The notes under the pieces were generated by a model. That model had not been told where the DNA came from. It ran no database searches and saw only the letters and a program-made list of their open reading frames with translations. Below are positions 38,700 to 52,464 of a stretch of DNA of 64,000 nt, one piece after another. Source of the stretch: Octopus bimaculoides. Lineage: Eukaryota. Each line of letters begins with the position of its first letter. Position 1 is the stretch's first letter. The stretch is taken from assembly GCF_001194135.2 (NCBI RefSeq), contig NC_068990.1, forward strand, positions 91,757,674 through 91,821,673. Direction: 5' to 3'. A program made the position numbers and the translations under genes.

Positions 38700-40190
38700 C
38701 GTTCAGATAAAGAGCAGGGATTTTGAAACGCAATAAGAAATCTGGAAGTCAGACAGAAAAACACAACAATTGAACACATTTTATGAAGCGTTAAACCCGA
38801 AAAGTGGCATTCATATGCTTTACTTGCCCTAGAAAATGGAAGGTTAGGTTTGGTAGCAGTGAGGGAAGTATAAGAATGGAAAAGACCAATCTGGAATGCG
38901 GTGTGTAGTTAATAGTTCAGAACCGTTGCTGATTGATGTAAAAGTCCCCCGAGTGAATGAAAGAGTTGACTGCATTGATAAGGATGAACATAAGTGAATC
39001 AACGCAGAGGGGAAAGGGACATGTATGAGAAGTTTATCAGAGATGTGAGTAACGTGTGGGTAACTGCTATGATGTGGTGCTTTCCATAGTTATAATGTGT
39101 GGCCACTGTTGTGACTGTAGCTGTTGTGTCTGCTCTAGTAGCCACGATATTTTCTTGGTATCGGATACAGTGTATCTCTTCTATACCGGAATGGTAATAC
39201 ATCGCTTCGTCTATCGTGTTATCGCTGATAGCTCTGCCAGATACCGTCTGCCTTAACTGTGACTCGAACTCGACTGTAACACATAACTGACACTTAACTC
39301 CAACTGAGAACTCTTACAACGTCTCTACAACGTCTGACAGACTCTCTGTACTGGTTGACGTCGTCTCACTTTATAGTGGCTGGTTCATACCACATATCCC
39401 GTGGGAGGGGTGTACCATTTCCACTACAGCAGTAACCATAGAATATGGGAGTGAATATGAACATCGGTATCAAAGCGTGGAACTGAAGCGTTAATATGTG
39501 CAGCGCAAGCAGAAGAGCTTAGAAAATACAAAAAAAAACATATATGTCGAAAAGAATGTTGAATTTCACTTGTGTAGATGTTGTATTAAACAGAATCAAT
39601 GCATTAGCCCCATTGTGAATGATTGCAGCATACTTATACAAAAAGAATAGGTAAGCAGACACGGTTTTATTGAACACGTTGTTCACAGGAAACTTACGTG
39701 GAAAATATAATTTGAATAGAGCTGACAGATGATACGAGCATCAATATAATATAGTATGAAGTAAACGAGAATGTTAGGTTAGAATAGGATTTCTACGGTC
39801 ACTGCGATCATGTGATTGAGGTAAAAAGACCAGATATTGATATCGACAAGTTGAAAAGGAAAGACATTAAATAATGATTGATACAGCATTTCCAGGTGAC
39901 AAGAGTGTGTGTAAGAAAGAAATAAAACAGACTGAGAAATAGCAAAGAGCTGAAAAGAAGAATTGCAAAGGTATGCAATGTGAGCAAATTGTTGAAATTG
40001 TGCCCGTGGAAGAGGACAATCATCGTCGAATCAAGACGGAAATAAAATTATAATTGAAGAAAATTAGGCTGGAAAATCGAAGAGAATTATTTCAGAAAAT
40101 TACATTACTAGAAGCCGCAAGCACCCTACGGAAGGTAAAGATCGAAAATCGAACTGATGAAAGAATCTAAAAATGACCCTTCGGTCATTA
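38700..40190 (+). mobile_element. Decayed R4/Dong-like element (RT end, zinc finger, RLE), interrupted at 39044-39428
   Basis: ALNPKSGIHMLYLP*K, MYEKFIRD | KRGTEALICAAQ, a CRCC..ISPIVNDC zinc-finger remnant, KRPDI..IDTAFPGD and a decayed GTARILRK end, all collinear. Confidence 0.75.
39044..39428 (-). mobile_element. Probable solo LTR (385 bp) inserted in the R4/Dong remnant
   Basis: TGT...ACA termini, interrupts collinear host motifs exactly, TATAAAG on the minus strand. No clean TSD seen. Confidence 0.55.
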
Positions 40191-40319
40191 ATTATGACTC
40201 ACTCCTTTGGGTTGTAAAAACGGCTCCAGATCTGCTTTCAAGAAGAAGAAGAAGAAGAAGAAGAAGAAGAAGAAGAAGAAGAAGAAGAAGAAGAAGAAGA
40301 AGAAGAAGAAGAAGAAGAA

Positions 40320-40580
40320 TGGTTTCTAATTTAGGTACAAAGCCAGCAAATTTTGAGGGAAGTTGGTTAATCAATAACCTCGACCCCAGTAATTCACTGG
40401 AATTGTATTTTATCGACCGAGGAAGAAGAGACCACTAAATTTAAGGAAAATTAGGGACAGTTGATTATATCGACCCCAGTAGTAGACAGGTAATTAATTT
40501 TATGGACATTGACGAGATTCGAGCTTAGAACGTAAGCAGCCGGAAGAAATGCCGCAAAACATTTTGTTGAAAGCTCTAAC
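40320..40580 (-). mobile_element. SINE family A, degenerate, with internal duplication
   Basis: Two copies of TCGACCCCAGTA..A..GG..TT..ATTT next to the (GAA)n run. Confidence 0.6.
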
Positions 40581-40815
40581 GTCTTCAGGAATACACACAA
40601 CAGAAAGTAAAACATAGAAATTACTAACACCTCAGGCCCACATTCTGTTGAAAAGATCCCTGATCAAGTGCGTTTAGGGTACCTCACGTCCCAACCTGCT
40701 CGCCATTTCTCTCATACTGCTTCATAGATCCAAAGAAGTCTACTAACATTTCCTGCTTGGGTTGATGTAGGAAAGATCTTGCATCCTTACAATTGGCCCG
40801 TTTTACTACATTATC

Positions 40816-41197
40816 GTGGAGGCGCAATGGCCCAGTGGTTACGGCAGCGAACTCGCGGTCATAGGATCGCGGTTTCGATTCCCAGACCGGGCGTTGTGAG
40901 TGTTTATTAAACGAAAACACCTAAAGCTCCACGAGGCTCTGGCAGGGGGTGGTGGCGAACCCTGCTGTACTCTTTCACCACAACTTTCTCTCACTCTTAC
41001 TTCCTGTTTCTGTTGTACCTGTAATTCAAAGGGTCAGCCTTCTAACACTGTGTCACGCTGAATTTCCCCGAGAACTACGTTAACAGTACACGTGTCTGTG
41101 GAGTGCTCAGCCACTTGCACGTTAATTTCACGAGCAGGCTGTTCCGTTGATCGGATCAACTGGAACCCTCGTCGTCGTAACCAACGGAGTGCTATCA
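40816..41197 (+). mobile_element. SINE family B, full length, perfect 11-bp TSD
   Basis: ACTACATTATC at 40805-40815 and 41198-41208; A box TGGCCCAGTGG and B box GGTTTCGATTCC. Confidence 0.95.
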
Positions 41198-42464
41198 ACT
41201 ACATTATCATAATTTTCTATTACTTTTGTTAATATCATGTTCTTTGAGTGTCTCTTCTATTCCAGCCACATTTCTTTCTCCGTAATCAGCACGCATCCAT
41301 AATTCCACTCATACCACAAATGTTATGCTGCCTCACATATCCTGGCATTATTTTCGTTCATCATCTTCCTCGTCATCACTATATATGTGTGTATATGTAA
41401 TATATATATATATGTGCATTTGTGTGTACATGTGTATGTATGTACTGACGTTTGCATATTTTGAATCCAAAATTATAAATAAATATTCACCCTTTGCTTA
41501 ACCAAAGTTAGCAGACGATTTTATGCAACGCCAAAATTCCCGAAGCAGGAAATAGGAACAAAACAATCCTTAAACAGGTTTGGTCCAAATTTTTGCTTAA
41601 AAATATTTGACTTTGAATGAAATCTTCTGGTAACTTTGCGTAGCTCTCCAAATTGCATCCAAGTTATGTATTCTTGGTTATTTTTTCGGGCAACAATGCA
41701 TATGCACTGGAAACTTTATTGCTCACAACGATCGTTTCGACACATCCTGCATCGATCCACTGTGGGTGGGAAGCTAGACAAATATATATGTATGTATGTA
41801 TATTTATACATTTAGTATTATGCGAGAAAGTATGTTTGCTCAATCCAGTCCCTCGTGCTTACACTACTATACATATTCTGCGGATATTCACGGATTTCCG
41901 GATGTATCTTCAATAATGCGATCGGTTCTCACTGTAAAATCGTGTCTGGTAACCGATACGAGCAGACGAGCTTTCTAAAGCAGACTGCGAAGTTTATAAC
42001 TAAATTGAATTGATGTGTGTGTGTGTGCACGTTTGCATGTGTGTCTGTGTGTATGTGTGTGTGTATGTGCGTGCGTGCCTTTGTATGAGTGTGAGTAAGA
42101 TGTGTGTGTGTGAGTGGGTGTAAGTGTGTGTGCGTGCGTGCGCTTGTATGTATAAGATGTGTGTGCGTGTTTGAGTGTTTGTGTATGTGTGTGTGCGTGC
42201 GTGCGTTTGTATGTGCGTGTGTGTGTATGTACGTGTGTGTGTGCGTACGTATGTGTTTGTGTGTGTGTGTGTATGTGTGTGCGTGCGTAAAACAGAACTC
42301 AATATATAAAAGCTACATTGTTTAAGCTAAGAAGTTACATCAGTGACTCAAGGGCCTAGACTTTCGTTCCGGAACACATATCAGTTTCACAAGTGCTCTT
42401 GCACGAAATTCTAAGTACTTGAGTTTTTAGAAATAGCTTCTCGTCTACAAATACCACTCGCATG

Positions 42465-42524
<60 letters not shown>

Positions 42525-42779
42525 ATGTATGTATGTATGTATGTATGTATGTATGTGTCTTTCGTGATGAAAACAGTGAGATTGCTTTCCTAGCATAACT
42601 TAACTATAGCGGTGCAATTTCATGTGATGTAGGAACTCTTTAGTGAAAAAGATTAAAAAAAAAGACGTTCCGAAAAATACCGTAGGTAAATACTAATACA
42701 CATGCAACAACAACTGCAGCAGCAGCAGCAGCAACAGCATTCGTACAGCATCATCAGCATCAGTAGTAGTAGTAGCATC

Positions 42780-42825
<46 letters not shown>

Positions 42826-44199
42826 AATAATGCCTGTTTAATCGTGACTGTAAGTTTCTTTGAAGTTTGCAAGAGCGAAAGAAACTAAGAAAAACACAGA
42901 GAGAGAGAGAAAGAGAAAGAGAAAGCGGGAGAGAGAGAGAGCGAGAGAGAGGGGGAGAGAGAGGGGGAGAGAGAGGAAGAGAGAGAGGGAGAGAGAGAGT
43001 GGGAGAGAGAGAGGGAGAGGGAAACAGAGAAATATTGAAAATAACATTTGTCTTACAGTTATATAATTTTCAGTTAATACTCTTTNNNNNNNNNNNNNNN
43101 NNNNNNNNNNNNNNNNNNNNNNNNNNNNNNNNNNNNNNNNNNNNNNNNNNNNNNNNNNNNNNNNNNNNNNNNNNNNNNNNNNNNNNNNNNNNNNNNNNNN
43201 NNNNNNNNNNNNNNNNNNNNNNNNNNNNNNNNNNNNNNNNNNNNNNNNNNNNNNNNNNNNNNNNNNNNNNNNNNNNNNNNNNNNNNNNNNNNNNNNNNNN
43301 NNNNNNNNNNNNNNNNNNNNNNNNNNNNNNNNNNNNNNNNNNNNNNNNNNNNNNNNNNNNNNNNNNNNNNNNNNNNNNNNNNNNNNNNNNNNNNNNNNNN
43401 NNNNNNNNNNNNNNNNNNNNNNNNNNNNNNNNNNNNNNNNNNNNNNNNNNNNNNNNNNNNNNNNNNNNNNNNNNNNNNNNNNNNNNNNNNNNNNNNNNNN
43501 NNNNNNNNNNNNNNNNNNNNNNNNNNNNNNNNNNNNNNNNNNNNNNNNNNNNNNNNNNNNNNNNNNNNNNNNNNNNNNNNNNNNNNNNNNNNNNNNNNNN
43601 NNNNNNNNNNNNNNNNNNNNNNNNNNNNNNNNNNNNNNNNNNNNNNNNNNNNNNNNNNNNNNNNNNNNNNNNNNNNNNNNNNNNNNNNNNNNNNNNNNNN
43701 NNNATATACATATATATACATGCATATACATACAATCATGCTTATAATTGTTTCTGTATATTCCGTTTGATTTTTGTTGAGTCTGTTGTTGTTTCAAATC
43801 TTCTCTCTTTTGCTTCTTTTATGTCTATTAAGTGTAAATTGATTTCTATGAGAAAGAGAGATGCTGTGGGTGTTGAGTGTTGCTGGTATGTCAACCTCCT
43901 GGCCTGAAGCCACGAACTTCAATTGCTATGATCAAAAGTTGTCACAATATCTTCGACAAATACACTTCACTCTCAATACAATAATACTGTACCTTTCTCT
44001 GTGTAAATAGACAGTAGGGGTCATCAGGTTCAGTCTGCTTCTACAATGATAATAATATAAAAATTGACATGCGGTTCGTTATTTCATATCCTCCTGTGGC
44101 AGACTATTGAACTGAAGCGAGCAGCTTTTAAACCAGATGATGTTGCGTTTTCTGTTTGTTTTGTTGCCCCTTGCGCTTGCATTAAAAAAAATGAGGTCT

Positions 44200-44685
44200 T
44201 TTCTTTATAAAATAATGTCGTAATAGCTATCAGCTTTATCGAAAGTTAAACATGTATTAGATATTTTTCTTCTTAAGTTGTTAAATATCATCTCATTCTA
44301 GCATAATTACAAAATATTTCCAGTCAAGTATAAGTACTGTAAGCTGTTTAACAAAATAAACATAAAGATCAGTTACAGTTGTCAGAAAAATGTCAGAAAA
44401 CGTACTAATGACTAAACTTTAAAGGGACAATGAGAACAACATAGAGAAAGCTTAATGTAATTTCAAATTAAAAGAGAACTGTCTTCATTATGAAAAATTA
44501 GTTAAAGCTATTATCTATGTAATATCTCAGGAGTCAACAATAAAATATATTAGCATGTGCGAAGGCAAATTTAAAGACCGTTTCTTCAAACACAGATGTA
44601 CCTTCACAAATGCGAAAGCCGAAAAGTACCACAATCTTATCATGGTGTATATAGATGGCATTTGCAAAATGCCATACAAGCATTA

Positions 44686-44749
<64 letters not shown>

Positions 44750-44935
44750 CCACACAAACTCAAACACGCACAAAACCACTAGATCGCTTCCCAGGCACAC
44801 ATACAAAATACGTAGAGAATTTCTTTTAGCTAAACGATTGAAAATAGACACCAGGGGGGCAGTAAAACTCTTCAATGGGTTCTGTTCTGCAAAGATGCTT
44901 CGACAAACACAAATTTCGGTCTATGAAATTGATTT
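44200..44935 (+). mobile_element. Penelope-like element remnant: RT-endonuclease linker and GIY-YIG endonuclease
   Basis: IFPVKYKYCKLFNKINIKISYSCQKNV, then CNFKLKENCL..KAIIYVI..KYISMCEGKFKDRFFKHRCTF. Compare Penelope-like KIFNRNTxKxSYSCMxN, CNCxxKxxCPL, IY..YIGxTExxFKxRxxxH. Interrupted by (CA)n. Confidence 0.8.
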
Positions 44936-45527
44936 CTCCCGACCAAAATTAATTCGGATTCCGGATTCAGTCCCACTACGTGGCAGCTGGAAGCAACTGC
45001 AAGAGTTGCAGGGAATATGAGACCGAGAACAGACAAACAATGCATGGATAACAAACGATACAGAAGTGGACATACGAAAGATAATAAATGTAATGCAAGA
45101 CGAGGTCGCTAGTGGACGGACGGGGTACTAAAACGGAATAACTAAAAGAAGCAAACAGAATGCAGCCTTAAGGCCAGATTCAAACGAAGCATGGATAACG
45201 CTTAGAGGGAAATCCTAAAGAATTAGAAGCAGAACGGCAACAGATATCGAAACAGGCTGAAGTGGAGACTAAAGTTGCAGAGACTCGCAGGTGCCTCTAG
45301 TTGGAAAGTAATATTATCGTTAAAAGCACGAATTTGCGTCAGACCCTCTGATCGATAACTGATGAGAAATTGGGGACCTTCTGTGTCTGTTTTCCGTTCG
45401 TCTGTGCATCTAATATATGTTTTTAACTTGCGATTCTGTCTCTGTTTTTCGTTTGTGCATTTACTATATATATTTTTCGCTTATTAATCAACGGAAGGCA
45501 ACGCCCCTTGGTTTCATTCAGAGTAAG

Positions 45528-45569
<42 letters not shown>

Positions 45570-45840
45570 GAGTGAGAGGAGAGACAAACAAGCCGACAAA
45601 TAGAGACAGAAAGATAGAGATACATACAAATGTAATTATGCACTCACACACACGGGCNNNNNNNNNNNNNNNNNNNNNNNNNNNNNNNNNNNNNNNNNNN
45701 NNNNNNNNNNNNNNNNNNNNNNNNNNNNNNNNNNNNNNNNNNNNNNNNNNNNNNNNNNNNNNNNNNNGAATATATTTATAAGTAGGTGTATGTATTCATA
45801 TATATACATATACATGTAAATATGTGAGTGTATGTGCACA

Positions 45841-45876
<36 letters not shown>

Positions 45877-45939
45877 TGTATGTATGTTTGTTTGTATGTG
45901 TATGTGTATGTGTATGTTCTTTTATTCTTTTATATACAT

Positions 45940-46125
45940 TTTTACTTGTTTCAGTTATTTCACTGTGGTCATGCTGTAGCACCGCCTTTAGTCGAACAAA
46001 TCAAGCCCGGATCTTATTCTTTGTAAGCCCATTACTTATTCCATCGGTCTCTTTTGTCAAACCGTTATGTTACGGGGACGTAAACACACGAACATCGACT
46101 GTCAAGCGGTTGTGGGGGAACAAAC
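45940..46125 (-). mobile_element. SINE family C, 3' half
   Basis: Reverse complement of the tail CTAAAGGCGGTGCT.CAGCATG.CC.CAGT..AAT.ACTGAAACAAGTAAAA. Confidence 0.8.
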
Positions 46126-47257
46126 ACAGACACACAAACATATATATATATATATATATATAGTAAAAAGTGAAAGAGGGAGAAGAAACAAACTTCTTCA
46201 TCCACATTAGTTTGTACATTAAACGTGAAACTAGTTTTGTATTGACCACAGTAACTAATGAAATAGACTTTATCTATCTCGCCCGCCTTACATCATTTTC
46301 GTACCAAGGAGTCACCGGGAATCTTCGTAAATGGATCACCACTTCACGCCATCACTATAAATCAATAAATAAATTAAACTTCAAAGTGAGACAGGATATG
46401 TAAGGCAATGTAATAAATGAAAACAAAGAGAAAATATATTGTATTACCTTATATAAATTTTTCAAGGATTCTATTATATTTCGGGTAAGATTTTCCTTTT
46501 CAAATATAAGGCAGTAAATAATCAAAATGTTCGGAGAAATGTATTGTTACGGGTAAGCCATTTTAATGTTTTGAATTCTTCTGAAATGAAAATGTGTTTA
46601 TCAATCTCTTTATGGTATTTTGGTATTTATTAAGAATTTTTTGTTTTGTCTGCTCAGATTAAAAATATAATAAAATGGTAATTACAAAGCCATGTTTACA
46701 CACCAAATAATAAATTGATCATAATTGTTTGCAGATTTTGTTTCTTTTCCGCACATAGTTTCCACATGTTCCAAACATGTGCAGCATGCATGTTTCATGT
46801 GTTTTTTGTACATGTCTTACACATCATATCCATCGTGTTTGAAACATAATCAACCAGCAAACGAATGTTCCGTTGACCTTTCTATCTTCCCGCCATTAAC
46901 GCACACTTTTTCATCTTTGAACTTAACGTAGTCGTCGAGAAAATATTTCAGCTACTAATGTCGGGAAAGTCTTAACACTAAAACATACATGTAATTTTTA
47001 CGAAAGGCTATCCATCATATTCACACTTCGCTGTTTGCAGTAATCGAGTGATTACATATTTCGAAACGAGTTTTCAGCAACAATCTTGGCTCGGTTTCTA
47101 ACTCCACTTCAGCAATTCTTTTCTCAACGGTGTCATCTTCCATCGGTTTCATAATTTGTGATCCAATAAAAATGGCGGCTTTTAATTTTGCTATAAATTG
47201 AAGGTGAAAGGTAATTGAACGCGCTTCCCTCTTCATTAACAGATTCTATGCATCATA

Positions 47258-47312
<55 letters not shown>

Positions 47313-47430
47313 GTGTGTGTGTATGCGTGCGTGTGTGTGTATACACACACATACAAATGTAGAAAGAGAAATAGACAGTCAGACAGATAGATTCGTAATT
47401 TCCATTAACGTATACATACATATATGTCAT

Positions 47431-47474
<44 letters not shown>

Positions 47475-47579
47475 GAATATCTCGTAGGCCCTATAAAAGT
47501 AATGATATATAATTTTTGTTCTAAAAATGCAAACGGAATTTAATGTTAAATATCGATATTCAGTCATTAGAATTCCACT

Positions 47580-47949
47580 CGTGGCACTCCGTCGGTTACG
47601 ACAACGAGGGTTCCAGTTGATCCGATCAACGGAACAGCTTGCTCGTGAAATTAACGTGCAAGTGGCTGAGCATTCCACAGACACGTGTACCCTTAACGTA
47701 GTTCTCGGGGGAGATTCAGCGTGACACAGAGTGTGACAAGGCTGTCCCTTTGAATTACAGGCACAACAGAAACAGGAAGTAAGAGTGAGAGAAAGTTGTG
47801 GTGAAAGAGTACAACAGGGTTCGCCACCACCCCCTGCCGGAACCTCGTGGCGCTTTAGGTGTTTTTGCTCAATAAACACTCACAACGCCCGGTCTAGGAA
47901 TCGAAACCGCGAGTCCGCTGCTCTAACCACTGGGCCATTGCACATCCAC
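47580..47949 (-). mobile_element. SINE family B, full length, 11-bp TSD with one mismatch
   Basis: AGAATTCCACT (47569-47579) and AGAACTCCACT (47950-47960); small deletion between two CCGCGA repeats in the head. Confidence 0.93.
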
Positions 47950-48281
47950 AGAACTCCACTGTTCGAACGCTTTTAGAGCGGTGCCTTAGTCTGAACTCCT
48001 GATCTTAAAAGAACTTTACGTACTTCTGTAAGAACTGCCATAACATTTTATGAGATCCGGGCAGAAAGCCGTAAACCAATTTCCCTATACGACCGGCACA
48101 AGAGCGTCTTATGAGCATCTTTGAGCCACTCAAACTAATCAATTGTGTAATTGATAATTTATCGTAATTTTCAAGACATTCCAAGCAATCGCATGTTTTA
48201 GAAACGGTAAGAATGATGTTGTTAATGCTATGATAATCACAATCACCACCTCTACTATTAGTACAACCACCTCAATCACTG

Positions 48282-48348
<67 letters not shown>

Positions 48349-48917
48349 CACTACTATATCTAATACCAGTGCCGCCACTAGACCCGCTATCACCACCATA
48401 ACCTTACTACTTATCACACAACCACGACAACGCTACTACTACTACTACAACTGCTGCTGCCACGACTGATGTCACTGGTGCTGCTGCCGCTACCGCTGCC
48501 GCTGCTGCTACTGCTTTAAGACATTGTTTATGTTCATTGTTGGCCATTTATCTTTAGTATTTATCGATCACATAAATTTGATTGATTGTGTTTCAGTCGA
48601 AATCTCATCTCAAGCTTAAATCCACGACTCTGTGATGTTAACGGCTGCGATTTCCATTTGTTTCCTGTCACTTTTGAGTGGTTCTCTTCAACATTTTACA
48701 TTAGATCCATCTAATGTATTCCTAATGTACAAATAACAATTTGTTTTTAAAGTATCTTTTTGGCTTTTTATCTCAGCCAACATTTTCGTTGCTTGCTTGC
48801 TATTACGTAAATTTGTCTCGTGTTGTGTTAAGTTAGATTATGTGAGAGAGTAAACAGAACTTATGACGTCTGTGTGTGCATATATGTATGCATGTATGTT
48901 TGCATGTATAACATGTA

Positions 48918-48957
<40 letters not shown>

Positions 48958-49005
48958 TACATATATATATGTATGCGTGTATTTATGTATATGTATGTGT
49001 ATATA

Positions 49006-49090
49006 TAGGATGGCCGAATGGTCTAAGACGCTGCTTTCAATGCGTTCAGATTGAAATCGGATCTTCCTAGCGTGAGTTCGAATTTACATG
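49006..49090 (+). pseudogene. Degenerate tRNA-Leu(CAG)-like pseudogene
   Basis: AGGATGGCCGAATGGTCTAAGACGCTGC..TGCGTTCAG..GCGTGAGTTCGAAT versus tRNA-Leu GGATGGCCGAGCGGTCTAAGGCGCTGCGTTCAG..GCGTGGGTTCGAATC. The acceptor stem is lost. Confidence 0.6.
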
Positions 49091-49251
49091 ATTTCACTAG
49101 TGTAGCTAGAAGCTTTCTGTCTCTCACTGGCCAGCATCGTCCAAGCATCGATGAGCGTCATAAACACTTCGATGCATAAAACGCTAAAGTTAGCTACTCG
49201 TGTTTAGAAAATGTCACTAACAACATCGCACGCTACAACAAAAACGAACAT

Positions 49252-49362
49252 ATATGGTCGGCTCGAGGCTATAGTAGAAGAAACTTGCCCACATTGCCTC
49301 GCAGTGCGACCGAACCCGGAATTTTGTGGCTGGAAAGCAAGATTCTTACCACACAGCCATGC
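49252..49362 (-). mobile_element. SINE family C, 5' half; a further very old copy lies at about 49835-50260 (+)
   Basis: GGTCGGCTCGAGGCTATAGTAGAAGA.ACTTGCCC..TTACCACACAGCCA. Confidence 0.8.
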
Positions 49363-50675
49363 CTATATATATATATATATATATGCGTGTGTGTGTGTGT
49401 GTGTATACATATATGCATGCATATATTGACATTGATATATACATATATATATACGTGTTTGTATCTATTTATCTGTATACACTCACACATACATACAAGA
49501 AGACCTTGTCCTTTCTACATGTTTATCTAATTGGGATTATCCGGCACTACTTAATAGCTAACCATGGTTGATCGAATTTATGATGTTATTTCTGTAATCT
49601 GGTAGAAAATTTGGGTTCTTATTAATGGGAAATATTTGTGTTCTTTCTTCTTTCTTGTATATTGGAATGGATTTATTGAAGAATGTTAGAATTTTATCAA
49701 GTGCAGTTTTTAGAATATTCTTTAAAAAAAAAGTAGCAGAAATCAAAAACGGAAACTTAATTTCATCTAAATGTTATAGATTACCGTTAATTTCACGTAA
49801 GAAAAACATTCATGTTGAGAATGTTGTCATAGGTGCAGGTATGGATGTGGGGTTATGATGCTCGGTTTCAAAACACATCGTTTTGGGTTCAGTCCCAAGG
49901 TACGTGAGTGGTGCCTCTTGGGCTAATGTGTCCTATAATAGCCTCCGAATTTCTCTTGCTCCGAGCAGGTTGACCAATGCGTTATGAGTGGATTTGGTAA
50001 ACAGAATTCTATTATGTGCGTGTGCATGCGCGCACTCGTCTTTGTGTCCGTCTTTGTTCACCTCACATCGCTTGACAACCGGTGTTGGTTTGTTTACGTC
50101 ATATTAACTTTGCGTATTGGCAAATGACGCCGATAGAATAAGTATCACAATAAGTACCAGAATTTTAAAAAACTAGGCATTGGGGTTGATTTCTTCAACT
50201 CAGAACCTTTCCAGGCGGTGCCGCTGCTTGGTCACAGTCACCCTGGGACTAAAACGGAGAAAAGACAGAGAAAAGATAATAACTAACAGTTCCACCACCA
50301 TTAGATCCACTGGAAGGTTAGAAATACTATTTTAATATGTTCAAATGCGTGTTGTTAATATCATAGATTGGGCAAAAAAGGATCCACGAGATGACAATGC
50401 AACATCCAAGAAGGGGCCGAGCACCTTAAGGATGCAAACCTTAAAAATTCCTTTTAAATTCAAGAGACGTGTGTGCCCCTAATGTAATTCTGTGTTACAA
50501 TCAGCGTGACATACCGCGTGACATGGCTGTACCTTCATATAGCTGGCACAATCCAATCATAGGTTTCCATACCTTTGCCGGTCACCTGATATCATTTACA
50601 AGTTTTAAGTTGTCACGCAATGCTATCGAACTCATAACTTCGTGATTGCAAATATAACCATCCAGTGATATACGC

Positions 50676-50721
<46 letters not shown>

Positions 50722-50926
50722 TGCAAATGTATGTATGTGTATGTTATATACATATTAACAGAAAGAAAGAAAGAGAGAGAGAGAGAGATAAAGATATACG
50801 TATGCATGTGTGCTTGTATAAAGGTGTGTATGTATTATGCATATTTATGTACACAAATAAGCATACATGCATATATTCACACACACACACTCATACACAC
50901 ATGTCTGCTTATATTAAGTGTGTGTT

Positions 50927-50958
<32 letters not shown>

Positions 50959-51789
50959 TACACACACATATACGCGTGTGAATGTCTGCCTGCGTATGTA
51001 TTTACGCATACATCTCATTTTCCAAACAATACCTTGTCACAAATACATTATGTGAAAAAATTGATACTGCTTAAATGGCGGTAAAGATCAAAGGAAATTT
51101 ATTTCTCTCTTCTAGCTTCACTATTTACCATTTTACCATTTCCTTATCTACAACAACCAATCAATGCAAAATAAGAATTAAAATAGATACGATAAAATAT
51201 TTTAATCTAATTCGAATTGCAATTTTATGCTTTTATACATTCTTTATATATATATATATATATATTTGCTGCCAAGAGCAAGCGAAACAGATTGAAATTC
51301 AAATAAAGAAATAGATATAAATATATGACGGAAAGACAGAGAGAGAATATTTGTTAATGTTGTGACAGAGAAAGAGAGAGACAGAGAGACGGGGAGACAT
51401 GGAGTCATGGAGACAGGGAGACAGACGATAACAAACAGAGACAAAGAATTTCGCTATCATGTCCTCCTCGTATTTCAGGTTCTTCCTTTGTTGCGTCACG
51501 ACTCGTCGGTTCACACGAACGGAATACTCCTTGTTTGCGACCAGCTTCAGCAGATGGATAGTTGCCGAAATATATTCCAGACCAGTCTACTAGGCTGGCG
51601 TTTTGTTCCTCGCACAACAGCTCAGCACGTTGCCCTTCTCGTCTGTTGTAATCGCCGTTTTCAACCTACATCCTGTCATTAGCAAAGAGTCCTCGAGGTG
51701 GACACTGCAATAAAATACCAAGAAAGAGAAGAAGGTCAATCGGTATGATATTAGCCCCAAGGGACTCCTAGGTAAGAAAATATCCTTTG

Positions 51790-52035
51790 ACAGCAGTATT
51801 GCTTTCATCAGACGATAGAGAGTCACTCTCTGTGAGAAATAGAGAAGTCGTCCAAGTATAAAAATCTAGAAATAAGGATAACCAGAATGTGGGGAGTGAA
51901 AACCGAAATAATCCTCATAATAACAGTTGGGGGTTTAACTACGACAAAAATATATGCAGACAAATACATATCACTTAACACAGTACAGAAAATTTGCATC
52001 CGATAAACACTTCACACCTTACGTAGAGTATTGTT
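51790..52035 (+). mobile_element. RLE C-terminal remnant of a non-LTR element
   Basis: EIEKSSKYKNLEIRITRMWGVKTEIILII..GGL (compare EKxSKYKDLEIEIxRMWxxKTxTIPIIVGALG). Confidence 0.7.
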
Positions 52036-52148
52036 AATAAGATAGAAAAATGCAAGACGGAAACATAATACTGAATATACCTGAGGCCATCAGAGTTGAA
52101 ATCAATGATATAGTGAAAGCACGCAAAACATATAAGAACGACTGAATG

Positions 52149-52196
<48 letters not shown>

Positions 52197-52409
52197 GCTT
52201 TTAAAATTGAAAGATATTTACAAATTTATCACAATCTTAGTTGTCAAAATCTGTTGTTTTTTTCTTTTTCTTTACAATACATCATTGCTTATCATAAATA
52301 AGTCCCATAGTGAAATGTCCAATTTGCTGTTACTTGCGATTTCTGGGTATAAGATGTGGAACCACATCTCGTAAAAAAAAATCAAAGCAGCAACAACGAA
52401 AATAAGTGC

Positions 52410-52464
<55 letters not shown>

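Noticed and set aside
51450-51690. Possible L1/Tx1 ORF2 linker remnant on the minus strand
   Set aside because: Resemblance is too vague to call.
51795-51815. Minus-strand CTGATGA with a short hairpin
   Set aside because: No GAAA, and it lies inside RLE coding remnant; coincidental.
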